Below the pieces are notes generated by a model. That model had not been told where the DNA came from. It ran no database searches and saw nothing but the letters and a program-made list of their open reading frames with translations. From Squalus acanthias (taxonomy: Eukaryota): DNA of 64,000 bases. Below, one piece after another: positions 51,700-64,000 of the stretch; within the stretch, counting starts at the first letter, position 1, and each line of letters opens with the position of its first letter. Location of the stretch: assembly GCA_030390025.1 (NCBI GenBank), contig CM059432.1:81222001-81286000 (forward strand), in the 5' to 3' direction. The translations under genes were made by a program, and so were the position numbers.

Positions 51700-54600
51700 G
51701 CCTCCCAGTGGCAATCCCACTTTACATGACCTAAATGCGAGAGGAAGAGAACAACAAGAGGCTGTAATGGAAGCCAGATTAATCAGGCAGCACTAGAGGA
51801 GAATCAGACCATCCCAGCACTACCCATCCAGGAGGATGGATAGGCCCAGAGGCACTTTCCAAAAACTTTCCCAGGAGCCCTGTCACAGGAGACTGCACTT
51901 CAGTCCTGAAGCTTTGGGGGAGTTCTGTGCATTGTTGCAGCCAGATCTGCAACCAAAATCCACAGCACATACAGCTTTGACTCTGGCAGAAAAATTTACT
52001 ACAGCTCTCAGTTTTTATGCTGCAGGCTTATTCCAGGGAGCCACATGGGATAAGTGCATGTTATTGTTGCCGCACAGATTTAACAGCAAAAGAACAAATG
52101 AATAGTAGCAGTAACGCAAGATGTATTTTTACAGGAGGTATTAAGCTTAGCTCGTTCTTTCAATAAGAGAAAATATAAATAGTTTGTAACTTTTGTGCTA
52201 TACAATGCCTTCTTTGCCAGGGCAGCCTAATTTATACAATTTGATGGTGGTCCCAGACAGATTTAGGGAAGGAAATCTGCTGTCCTTACCTGGTCTGGCC
52301 TATATGTGACTCCAGACCCACAGCAATGTGGTTGACTCTTAACTGCCCTCTGAAATGGCCTAGCAAGTCACTCAGTTGTAACTAACCGCTAAGAAACATA
52401 AGAATGAAACCAGACGAACCACCCGGCATCGGCCTCGGCACCAGCTACGGACACGGCAACAGCACACCCAGCCCAGTCGACCCTGCAAAGTCCTCCTCAC
52501 CAACATCTGGGGACTTGTGCCAAAATTGGGAGAGTAGTCCCACAGACTAGTCAAGCAACAGCCTGACATAGTCATACTCACAGAATCATACCTTTCAGCC
52601 AATGTCCCAAACTCCTCTATCACCATCCCACCGGCAGGACAGACCCACCAGGGGTGGCGGCACAGTGGTATACAGTCGGGAAGGAGTGGCCCTGGGAGTC
52701 CTCAACATTGACTCCGGACCCCGTGAAGTCTCATGGCTTCAGGTCAAGCATGGGCAAGGAAACCTCCTGCTGATTACCACCTACCGCCCTCCCTCAGCTG
52801 ATGAATCAGTGCTCCTCCATGTTGAACACCACTTGGAAGAAGCACTGAGAGTAGCAAGGGCACAGAATGTACTCTGGGTGGGGGACTTCAATGTCCATTA
52901 CCAAGAGTGGCTCGGTAGCACCACTACTGACTGAGCTGGCCGAGTCCTGAAGGACATAACTGTCAGTCTGGGCCTGCGACAGGTGGTGAGCAAACCAACA
53001 CGAGGGAAAAACCTACTTGACCTCGTCCTCACCAATCTGTCACAGATGCATCTGTCCATGACAGCATTGGCAGCAGTGACCACTGCACAGTCATTGTGGA
53101 GACGAAGTCCTGTCTTCACACTGAGGACACCCTCCCTTGTGTTGTGTGGCACTACCACCATGCTAAATGGGATAGATTCAGAACAGATCTAGCAGCTCAA
53201 AACTGGGCATCCATGAGGCGCTGTGGGCCATCAGCAGCAGCAGAATTGTATTCCACCACAATCTGTAACCTCATGGCCTGGCATATCCCTCACTCTACCA
53301 TTACCACCAAGCCAGGGGACCAACCCTGGTTCAATTAGTTGTGTAGAAGAGCATGCCAGGAGCAGCACCAGGCGTACCTAAAAATCAGGTGCCAACCTGG
53401 GGAAGCTGCAACACAGGACTACATTCATGCTAAAAAGAGGAAGCAGCATACTATAGACAGGGCTAAGCGATCCCACAATCAACGGATCAGATCAAAGCTC
53501 TGCAGTCCTGCCACATCCAGTCGTGAATGGTGGTGGACCATTAAACAACTAACGGGAGGAGGAGATTCCATGAATATCCCCATCCTCAATGATGGTGGAG
53601 CCCAGCACGTGAGTGCAAAAGACAAGGCTGAAGCGTTTGCAACTATCTTCAGCCAGAAGTGCTGAGTGGATGATCCATATCGGCCTACTCCTGAGGTCCC
53701 CACCATCACAGAAGCCAGTCTTCAGCTCATTCGATTCACTCCACATGATATTAAGAAACGGCTGAGCGCGCTGGATACAGCAAAGGCTATGGGCCCCGAC
53801 AACACCCCAGCTATCATGCTGAAGACTTGTGCTCCAGAACTAGCCGCGCCTCTAGCCAAGTTGTTCCAGTACAGCTACAACACAGGCATCTATCCGACAA
53901 TGTGGAAAACTGCCCAAGTATGTACTGTCCACAAAAAGCAGGACAAATCCAACCCAGCCAATTACCGCCCCATCAGTCTACTCTCAATCATCAGCAAAGT
54001 GATGGAAGGTGTCATCAACAGTGCTATCAAGCAGCACTTACTCACCAATAACCTGCTCACTGATGCCCAGTTCGGGTTCCTCCAAGACCACTCGGCTCCC
54101 GACCTCATTACAGCCTTGGTCCAAACATGGACAAATGAGCTGAATTCCAGAGGTGAGGTGAGATTGACTGCCCTTGACATCAAGGCAGCATTTGACTGAG
54201 TGTGGCATGAAGGAACCCTAGTAAAACTGAAGTCAATGGGAATTGGTGGGAAAACGCTCTACTGGCTGGAGTTATACCTAGCACAAAGGAAGATGGTTGT
54301 GGTGGTTGAAGGTCAATCATCACAGCCTGAGGACATCGCTGCAGGAGTTCCTCAGGGCAGTGTCCTAGGCCCAACCATCTTCAGCTGCTTCATCAATGAC
54401 CTTCCCTCCAACATAAGGTCAGAAATGGGGATGTTTGCTGATGACTGCACAGTGTTCAGTGCCATTCACAACTCCTAAGATAATGAAGCAGTCCATGCCC
54501 ACATGCAATAAAACCTGGACGACATTCAGGCTTGGGCTGATAAGTGGCAGGTAACATTCGCGCCACACAAGTGCCAGGCAATGACTATCTCCAACAAGCG

Positions 54601-55800
54601 AGAGTCTAACCACCTCCCTTTGTCATTCAACGGCATTACCATCACCGAATCCCCCACCATCAACATCCTGGGGGTCACCATTGACCAGAAACTTAACTGG
54701 ACCAGCCACATAAATACTGTGGCAACAAGAGCAGGTCAGAGGCTAGGTATTCTGCGGTGAGTGTCTCACCTCCTGACTCCCCAAAGCCTTACTACCATCT
54801 ACAAGGCACAAGTAAGGAGTTTAATGGAATACTCTCCACTTGCCTGGATGAGTGCAGCTCCAACAAGACTCAAGAAGCTCGACACCATCCAGGATAAAGC
54901 AGCCCGCTTGATTGGCACCCCATCCACCACCTTAAACATTCACTCCCTCCACCACCGGCATACCGTGGCTGCAGTGTTTACCATCTACAAGATGCACTGC
55001 AGCAACTCGCCAAGGCTTCTTCGGCAGCACCTGCCAAACCCGCGACCTCTACCACCTAGAAGGACAAGAGCAGCAGGTGCATGAGAACACCACCACCTCC
55101 AAGTTCCCCTCCAAGTCACACACCATCCTGACATAGAAATATATTGTCGATCCTTCATCGTCGCTGGGTCAAAATCCTGGAACTCCCTACCTAACAGCAC
55201 TGTGGGAGTACCTTCACCACATGGACTGCAGCGGTTCAAGAAGGCAGCTCACCAACACCTTCTGAAGGGCAATTAGGGATGGGCAATAAATGCTGACCTT
55301 GCCAGCGACGCCCACATCCCATAAATGAATATTATAAAAAAGATGACTGAGAGGGCCATCAAATTCGGCAGAATTTCCGGATTTTTCAGCATTGTGGGAG
55401 CTATTGTGTGGCATTGCATGGTACAAATGTAACCCTTCATATCTATATGAATAATAAAAGATTCCATTCTCTAAATGTCCAGCTAGTTTGCGATGACAGG
55501 CACAAATAATTGCACAGGAATTCACAACATGCTGGGAGCAGTCATAATGCTTTTATACTACATCAGTTTTGTGTCTGAGTTCTATTTCAACAGCAGGGGA
55601 AAGGGCCAGGATGATTGCTGGGTGGCAAGACATACCCACTACTTTTATGGCTCATGACTCCTCTTCATACGACCACCAGTGCTGCAGAGAAGTGTTACAA
55701 TGGAGAACTTTTGAAGGCAAGAATAAGAATTTAGCAGCTATTGGGATGTTCCAAGTAAGGTTCTAGGCTCTGGATAGGTTTGGGGATGCCTTGCAGTATT
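51700..55800 (+). pseudogene. Harbinger transposase pseudogene split by a LINE
   Basis: N-part ...LLQPDLQP...TTALSFYA...NAFFARAA*FIQF (to 52262); resumes at 55341 ERAIKFGRISGF...VGAI, FHSLNVQLVCD, GSSHNAFIL, LLGGKTYPLLLWLMTP. Confidence 0.75.
52263..55340 (+). mobile_element. Near full-length single-ORF T1/Zenon-like LINE, same family as 40681..43818
   Basis: Same APE/RT motifs; A-rich tail; agat at both junctions. Confidence 0.9.
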
Positions 55801-56224
55801 CATTCAGCACCAACTCGCAAATTGTGTGCTTCACAGCTTTGTAGTCAGGAAAGGGCTGATGTTCGATGTCCTGAAGGATGCCAAAGAACCTGATGATGAT
55901 ACTGCTGATGCTGTAGATCAGCCTATGAAGAACAGGAATCAGCGGTTGTGCCAACGGCTGCTAGACAGCTGATTCCCCATTGTTATACAAGTGAACCGAA
56001 CCCCAAGTAGTCCTTACATCAAATATCGCAGTGATTTATTACAAGTATTTACAAACATATTGTTTGGTTCTGTCACGTGCACACCCCATGTGACCAAATG
56101 TTATTCTGCTGCCTTACAAAGTCAAGGAGAATCCTTTAAGTATATCCAGAGGTAAAGTGCACAGTGGTCTGTGAAATTAGCAACCTTGGCGTTAAATATA
56201 GTAAAATAAAACATCAACATTAAA

Positions 56225-56696
56225 ACAAAAGCAAAATACTGTAGATGCTGGAAATCTGAAATAAAAACAGAAAATGCTGGAAATACTCAGCTATACGTAA
56301 GCTCAAAGGAACAGCTTTCGATTAGGCACTTTACAGCCTTCCGGACTCAACATTGAGTTCAACAATTTCAGATCATAACCTCTGACCCCATTTTTTTGGA
56401 TGGCAGCTGTTGATGATTCTGCTATTCCCATTTACAACTCTTGTTCCTTTACTTGTCCTATTACCGTCATCCCTTTTGTCTTTTAATCTCTCCTGCCTTC
56501 CACCCTATCACAGACCTTCCCTGTTGTTCTTTCCTCCCCTCCCCCCCTTTCCCTGGCCCTGCACTTGCTTAAAACCTGTTACATCTCTAACTTTTTTCAG
56601 TACTGATGAAAGGTCATCGACCTGAAACGTTAACTCTGTTTCTCTCTCCACAGATGCTGCCTGACCTGCTGAGTACTTCCAGCATTTTCTGTTTTT
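56225..56696 (+). mobile_element. Penelope-like element fragment with inverted 5' pLTR piece and 14-bp TSD
   Basis: acatcaacattaaa at 56211-24 and 56697-710; FRLGTLQPSGLNIEFNNFRS remnant; 56225-56290 is inverted to the 3' end. Confidence 0.88.
56599..56635 (+). ncRNA. Minimal type I hammerhead ribozyme motif in a Penelope pLTR
   Basis: CUGAUGA-A-[AGGUC auc GACCU]-GAAA-CGU-U-AACU. Confidence 0.7.
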
Positions 56697-57321
56697 ACAT
56701 CAACATTAAATATCTTTTCTGACGAATTGTTACAAGAGTCTGCAATTATAATGGCAGGGTTTATGGCATTCAAGTTATTTAAGCCTGAAAGAAAATACGG
56801 TTAGTTAACAGTTTGCTTTTTCATAGTGCTTGTTCACATAGTGCATTACAAATCTAGTTGGACAGATTCATATTTTATGCACCCAAGAAGAACTTTGGCT
56901 GGCAGTTTCAGCAAGTAGAAAAAAAATGAGAACATCTATCCCTAGCACAGCATTTATTGTGTTATGTGTTCAAATGGAAATGACTGGATGAGGGAGAGCT
57001 ACAGCAAAAGAGACTTTACTTATTCCAACCCTGGACTTATTGCTTCCCTGGACTAGCTGCCATCTCATTCTTGCCAGTGGAAAATACAATGGACGGTGAG
57101 TATCAGCCATCAAAAGTAAAATCCACCTCTTTAACATTTCTAATGCAGCCTTATTGTAATAATTCCAGATCAAACAGTTACTGTAGTATAAAAAACTGAT
57201 AATTCCACATTTCATCTAAACATGCTATGATTATTTTTGCGAATTGTATATAATAGGTATAGAAACCACCAATAAATGTATACAACACTCAGAACTTGTG
57301 TTTGTTTTGGGAAAAGGACAT

Positions 57322-58034
57322 GGGGAGAAATTCATTATAGCCCCGTTTGGGGCACTAACTTTTAAAAGTTGAGAAAATTAGTGGCAGGCGCTAATGTTTC
57401 TAAACTTTAAAAAAATTTGGTTTTGCACTCCAGGAAGGAAGTGGACGCTAAATCAAGCGCTCCACTTCCTTCTTGGAGCACAATCAACAGCAGACGGGGC
57501 GGAGACTTCAGCAGCGCTGCACACTGGGCCGTGCAGCGATGTCGCGTTCAAAGGCTCCTTCCCTCCCTTAAAGGGAAGGGCCATCACTGCAGGCTCTGCA
57601 ATATAAAGAGTACCTACCTGGGCCACCAAGGCAGCTGCGATCCTGCGCGATCAGCCCGGCACTCAAGCAGAGTGCTGGGTTGATCGATCGCGGGCAGGAA
57701 CACACGGAAAAAAGCGGAACAAGAAAGGTAAGTTTTTTTTACTTACCTCGGCCACCTCGCCTTTAATCATCACCCCCGAAGCAGCCGGCCGCCCGATGCA
57801 CGCCTCCTGCAGCTGTCGGTGTTTTCGACCGGCGCTGCTGCAGGGGGCGGAAGTCAATTTCGGGTCCAGGGCGCCATGGTCTCCGGGCGCAATGCTGTAG
57901 CGCTGCTGCAAAACTCCCGCCGAATATGGCGAGAGTTGATGTCAGCGCCACGCCCGGCCACAAAACCATTTGCGCCCTGTTAGCATCCCCCGGGGGCACT
58001 AACGGGAGATGCAAAGACACCCAATTTCGCTCCC
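57322..58034. mobile_element. Harbinger-type MITE, reverse orientation of the 22508/48878 family
   Basis: ggggagaaatt / aatttcgctccc ends; CpG-rich. Confidence 0.75.
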
Positions 58035-58440
58035 ATCGGATCCGTACCGAAGGACAGGGAAGGGGAGGAGGAGGTGGAGAAACAATATATTTTGACAAAT
58101 CTTCAGGTGCCCAGGCCAAGTCTGAGGCCTGAACCCATGGTGGAGTGGCACTTCCAAAGGCCAGTATGCTTCCTCCCACTCAATGTACCACCTATCACCA
58201 GATCCCAGACGAGGGATGAGGAAACTCATGGCCTGGGAATCCTCACTCCCCAGCCACACCCTTTCGATGGGTGGAGGGGACCTTATTATGAACAGTTAGA
58301 GGTTCAACACTAAACAAGTCCCTGCGAAAACTGGCCGTGAAGACTGGGACCTGGTGTATTCTATTACCTCGGCCTTCCACTGTATTCCCACCTGAGTTAT
58401 GGTGCGAATCCATCGGAAGGCCCATGGAAACTTGGGGCTG

Positions 58441-58755
58441 TAAGAACATAAGAAATAGGAGCAGGAGTAAGCCATTTGACCCCTCGAGCCTGTTCCTCAT
58501 GGCTGATCTTCTAATCAACTCCACCTTCCTGCACTATCCCCATATCCCTTGTTTCCCTTAATATCCAAAAATCTATCGATCTCTGTCTTGAATATACTCA
58601 ACGACTGAGCCTCCACAGCCCTCTGGGGTAGAGAATTCCAAAGATTCACCACCCTCTGAGTGAAGAAGTTTCTCCTCATCTCAGTCCTAAATGGCCGATC
58701 CCTTATTCTAAGACTGTGACCCCTGGTTCAAGACTCCCCAGCCAGGGGAAACATC
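58441..58755 (-). mobile_element. CR1 3' fragment
   Basis: taagaacataagaaataggagcagg tail; FFTQRVVNLWNSLP on the minus strand. Confidence 0.8.
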
Positions 58756-59294
58756 AGCCGTGATTTTGCCGGCACTCAGAGGGCGGGTTTGGAGGCGGGT
58801 CAGTAGTGAAAATCTAAATGATTGACGGCGGGTTGCGAACCCACCGCCATCCCACCTCCACCCAACTTTACAAAGTGTCAGGACTGCGAGTCCCGATCAG
58901 ACCTGACACCAAGGGGCGGGAGAGCCTCTTAAGGCAGTTAACAGCTTGTTAACTGCCTACATAATCCGATTTTAAGAGGATCTTCCCATTTTACTACATT
59001 TTCAGTGTGTTGCACGTCGTGTGACAAACACGCCAGCTGATTGCGCCGGGTTCAGCAACTACCTGAATTCTTGACAGCTGCTCCTGCAGCATAAAAGCTG
59101 ACCTGTAACATGGCTGACTTTCAGATGCCCGAACTTTGTGTTTTGAGGTTTTGGAACACATTTTGCAGGTCTATTGAGCTTGTAAGTGTTTAAGCTGAGA
59201 TCAATATGCACTGTGACCTCCTTGGAAAACCGTCTACCCACATTGACTGAGTGCTTATAACATCTCTTCCTCAACTGAGATATATACCAGCGGA

Positions 59295-60149
59295 ATGGGA
59301 ACCATTTATACCTTCTCATTCTGGTCCTCAGAATCGGAGGAAGAGCAGCTGCAGCAGCAGCAGAACCAGGCACAACAGCAGCAGCAACAACAGGAGTGGC
59401 AACCTCCTCCTCAGCCACCTGATGCTGCACAGGGCAGAGGGCATCAGCACAGGGCTGCACCTCGCCGCAGGAGATACCCCCAACACAGGGTTTACAGGCC
59501 GAGGATGAGCTTGCTCAACATGACTGAGCAGCAGTGCCAAAGGAGGCTGAGACTTTTGCGAGAGGTAGTCGCTGACATCTGCGCAATGCTGCACCAACAC
59601 CTGGAGCCCAGAGAGGCGGGTGGACACTCCTTACCAGTGGCTGTCAAAGTGCGATGACTCGTTCATCCTGCGGCAGTCTACTGTGCCTCAGCTGTTCAAT
59701 CCGCAACCCAACTTTCCGGATGGTTACTTGGAGACAAGAGCAATCCCCTGAAAACGTGGCTAATGACACCGATGAGGAGACCATCAAACAAAGCTGAGGA
59801 GCGGTACAATGTGAGCCACATTTCCACCAGAAGCATCATAGAGCAAACCATCAGCTTGCTCAAAATGCGATTCAGATGCCTCGACAGATCTGGTGGAGCC
59901 CTACAATACGCACCAGCCAGGGTCTCCAGAATCATCGTGGTCTGCTATGCCCTGCACAACATCGCACAGCAGCGTGGCTTACCACTGCCTGAGGAACAAG
60001 TGGCTCAATGCACAGCCTCCTCGGAAGAGGAGGAGGAGGCGGCAGATGAGGTAGACCTTGCGGAGGCAGATGTGCCAACTCCACCAGCATGTGACCACAT
60101 TGCTGGCCGTGAGGCAAGGGATACACGAATCCATGCCAGATTCACGTAA
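59295..60149 (+). pseudogene. Harbinger transposase with internal deletion at ~59650
   Basis: polyQ N-terminus, [17 protein letters not shown] joined directly to DSFILRQ...WLLGDK...[24 protein letters not shown]...CYALHN. Confidence 0.9.
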
Positions 60150-60425
60150 GTTTACGCATCAAGCACATGTGGCTGGTACATGGAAATGAGTGTCTGACCA
60201 ACCTTCTTAACACACCATACAGCATCTGTACAATAAACTATCACTCTCACTACCATCATTACAGATGAAAGGCGCCCTGACCCCTCACTGTGCAACTTCC
60301 ATTTCTGAGCACACATAGGCCAACTCTTTGAAGCTTTGCCATCGCATTTCTTTAATACAATTGAAATAATGATGAGAAACGTAACTTTGTAGGAGATCAA
60401 AACATCCAAGCGACTACCCTTGTGA

Positions 60426-63400
60426 CTATTTGTGTGTTAACTTTCTCTTACGCGTGCTTCTACGTGGTGCTTCCCCTGTGGCTTCAGCAGATGTAGAGAC
60501 ACCTTGCTCACTTCTATGCTGCGCCTTTGGCGGGCGTCCTCTGGGTTTGGAAGCCTGGGAGGGCTCCACAAAAGTCTGCTCCTCCTGCGGCTATGCAGGA
60601 GCTGAGACGGCCATCTCAGTTGGGTGAGGAATCTGGGGCTCTGACCGAGGGCTCCACAGTGGCATGGGAGAGTGAGCGCTTGGAGAGGAGCCCACACTTC
60701 CTTGTTGTCGACCAGCAACATCCCTCTCATGGGTCACCTGCACTTCACTGCTAGCAAGTAGCTGGAGAGCACCTTGCTGCACATCAGTGGGGCCATGAGG
60801 ACTCGTCTCTGTACTGACAGTCCTCATAACGGGGATGTTCATGTACCTCTGGTTCCTCTCCTCAATAGATGCCCATCTGTCCTCCATAGCAGACCATCTA
60901 TTTAGAAGAGTCACCATATTCATTTGAGTCTGGCGATTTATGTCCTCCATGGAGGTTGCAATCCTTTCCATGGCGGCACCTACATTCGCCATTGCATGCA
61001 CTGTGGCTTTGCTCATGTTTGAGATGGACTCTTCCATTCTCTGCACACTCGTAGTTACAGTGGTTGCAAACCCTGTCAGAGACTCCTGCACTTGTTCCTG
61101 AAGTTCCAGCACTGCTCTCTTTCTGGATGGCCCCAGAGGCACAGCGTCCACATGCAGCTGAGCAGAGCTAGGAGTGCCCTGCGGCCTCTGACGAGGACTC
61201 TCCTCTGCTGTCCCTGTCTCCACCATCTGCAGATGCTCACTTATAGAGTCATAGAGTCATAGAGCACAGAAAGAGGCCCTTCGGCCCATCGTGTCTGCGC
61301 CGGCCATCAAGCCCTATCTATTCTAATCTCATTTTCCAGCACTTGGTCCGTAGCCTTGTATGCTATGGCGTTTCAAGTGCTCATCTAAATGCTTATTGAA
61401 TGTTGTGAGGGTTCCTGCCTCTACCACCCTTTCAGGCAGTGAGTTCCAGATTCCAACCACCCTCTGGGTGAAAAAGTTTTTCTTCAAATCCCCTCTAAAC
61501 CTCCTGCCCCTTACCTTGAAACTATGCCCCCTGGTTATTGACCCCTCTACTAAGGGGAAAAGTTCCTTTCTATCTACCCTATCTATGCCCCTCATAATTT
61601 TGTACACCTTAATCAGGTCCCCCCTCAGCCTTCTCTACTCTAAGGAAAACAACCCCAGCCTGTCCAGTCTCTCTTCATAGCTGAAGTGCTCCAGCCCAGG
61701 TAACATCCTGGTGAATCTCCTCTGCACCCTCTCCAATGCAATCACATCCTTCCTATAGTGTGGCGACCAGAACTGCACACAGTATTCCAGCTGTGGCCTA
61801 ACTAGCGTTTTGTACAGCTCCATCATAACCTCCCTGCTCTTATATTCTATGCCTCGGCTAATGAAGGCAAGTATCCCATATGCCTTTTTAACCACCTTAT
61901 CTACCTGTCCTGCTGCCTTCAGGGATCTATGTACATGCACACCAAGGTCCCTCTGATCCTTTGTCCTTCCTAGGGTCCTACCATTCATTGTGTATTCCCT
62001 TGCCTTGTTAGTCCTCCCAAAATGCATCACCTCACACTTTTCAGGGTTAAATTCCATTTGCCACTGCTCCAACCATCTAACCAACCCATCTATATCGTCC
62101 TGTAGCCTGAGGCTTCCCTCCTCGCTATTTACCACTCCACCAATTTTCGTGTCATCTGCGAACTTACTGATCATACCTCCTACATTCATATCTAAATCAT
62201 TAATGTACACTACAAATAGCAAAGGACCCAGCACCAATCCCTGCGGTACACCACTGGACACAAGCTTCCAGGCACAAAAACAACCTTCGACCATCACCCT
62301 CTGCCTCCTGCCACTAAGCCAATTTTGGATCCAATGTGCCAAATTGTCCTGGATCCCATGGGCTCTTACCTTCTTGACCAGTCTCCCATGTGGGACTTTG
62401 TCAAAAGCCTTACTGAAGTCCATGTAGACTACATCAACTGCACTACCCTCATCCACACACCTAGTCACCCCCTCGAAAAATTCAATCAAATTGGTTAGAC
62501 ATGATCCCCCCCTGACAAAGCCATGCTGACTATCCTTGATTAATCCTTGCCTCGCCAAGTGGAGACTAATTCTGTCCCTCAGAATTTTTTCCAATAATTT
62601 CCCTACCACTGATGTTAGGCTCACTGGCCTGTAATTCCCTGGTTTATCCCTACTACCCTTCTTGAATAATGATACTACGTTAGCTGTTCTCCAGTCCTCT
62701 GGCACCTCCCCTGTGGCCAGAGAGGTTCTGAAAATTTGTGTCAGAGCCCCTGCAATCTCCTCCCTTGCCTCACACAGTAGCCTGGGATACATCTCGTCTG
62801 GGCCTGGGGATTTATCCACTTTTAAGCCCGCTAAAACCGCTAGTACCTCCTCCCTCTCAATACTAATTTGTTCATGTATATCACAATCCCCCTGCCTGAT
62901 TTCTATGCCCACATCGTCCTTCTCCACAGTGAACACAGATGCAAAATATTCATTTAAAACCTCACCTACATCTTCTGGCTGTACACACAGATTGCCACTT
63001 TGGTCCCTAATGGGCCCTACTCTTTCCCTGGTTATCCTCTTGCCCTTAATATACTTATAAAACACCTTGGGATTTTCCTTTATTTTGCCCACCAGTGTTT
63101 TTCATGCCCCCTTCTTCGCTCTCCTAATTTCTTTTTTAAGTACCCCCCGGCACTTTCTATACTCCTCTCGGGCTTCCACTGTTTTTAGTCCTTTGTATCT
63201 ACCAAAAGCCTCCCTTTTTTTCCTAATCCATTCTTGTATATCCCTTGACAACCAGGGTTCCCTGGGCTTGTTGGTCCCACCCTTGACCTTTACGGGAACA
63301 TGTTGGCGTTGTACTCTCTCTATTTCCTTTCTGAAAGACTCCCACTGCTCTGATATGGATTTTCCTACAAGTAGCTGATCCCAGTCCACTTTGGCCAGAT

Positions 63401-64000
63401 CCTGCCTTATCATATTAAAATCTGCCTTCCCCCAATTTAGAACATTTATTTCCGGTCCATCTTTGTCCTTTTCCATGACTACCTTAAATCTCACCGAATT
63501 ATGGTCACTGTTACCAAAATGCTCTCCTACTGATACTTCTACCACTTGCCCGGCTACATTCCCTAGAATTAGGTCCAGTACTGCCCCCTCTCTTGTAGGA
63601 CTTTCTACATGCTGGCTCAAAAAGCTCTCCTGGATGCACTTTAAGAATTCCGCACCCTCTAAGCCTTTCACACTCTGACTATCCCAGTTAATATTGGGGA
63701 AGTTGAAATCCCCTACTATTATTACCCTATTATTTCTACACAATCTCTGAGATTTGCCTACATATCTGTTCCTCTATCTCCCCCTGACTGTTTGGGGGCC
63801 TATAGTACACTCCCAGCAAAGTGCTTGCCCCCTTTTTGTTTTTAAGTTCCACCCATATGGCCTCATTAGAGGAACCTGCTAAGATATCATCCCTCCTTAC
63901 AGCAGTGAGCTGTGATACACCAGGTGACAACACTAATCTATCTCGCGAATGACCCACCGAGGTGTGCGTCTCTGCGCTGGTGCTGGGTGCGCTGAATTCT
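60426..64000 (-). pseudogene. Last exon of the Harbinger Myb/SANT partner gene, split by CR1
   Basis: ...PSTSAETHTSVG...SQLT|SEHLQMVETG... stays in frame when 61243..63904 is removed; C-terminus TGEAPRRSTRKRK. Confidence 0.7.
61243..63904 (-). mobile_element. 5'-truncated CR1 LINE with largely intact RT (485-aa ORF 61635..63092)
   Basis: APE and RT motifs; (gactctat)n tail. Confidence 0.95.

Larger units (their letters stand above)
58756..64000. mobile_element. Third two-gene Harbinger element (distinct subfamily), runs off the window
   Basis: Plus-strand transposase convergent with a minus-strand Myb-type gene; CR1 nested inside. Confidence 0.75.

Overview
Eukaryotic, transposon-rich vertebrate DNA. 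The repeat inventory (HE1-like and SacSINE1/DeuSINE-like SINEs, CR1 with SGNH-esterase ORF1, L2, Penelope fragments) points to a cartilaginous fish such as a shark (inference). I find no intact host gene. The window holds (1) a PIF/Harbinger DNA-transposon graveyard: three recognisable two-gene elements with a convergent HARBI1-like DDE transposase and spliced Myb/SANT gene, further decayed remnants, and at least six derived MITEs with GG(G)-ended TIRs and 3-bp A/T-rich TSDs; (2) CR1, T1/Zenon-like, L2 and Penelope retroelements, SINEs and a probable ERV solo LTR, often nested inside Harbinger genes; (3) Penelope pLTRs carrying minimal hammerhead ribozyme motifs; (4) about ten collinear, heavily decayed plus-strand exons resembling TMEM232 as I recall it (candidate unannotated pseudogene); (5) a near-intact orphan minus-strand coding exon at 20.1-20.5 kb. 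All homology calls are by eye and from memory, with no database search.
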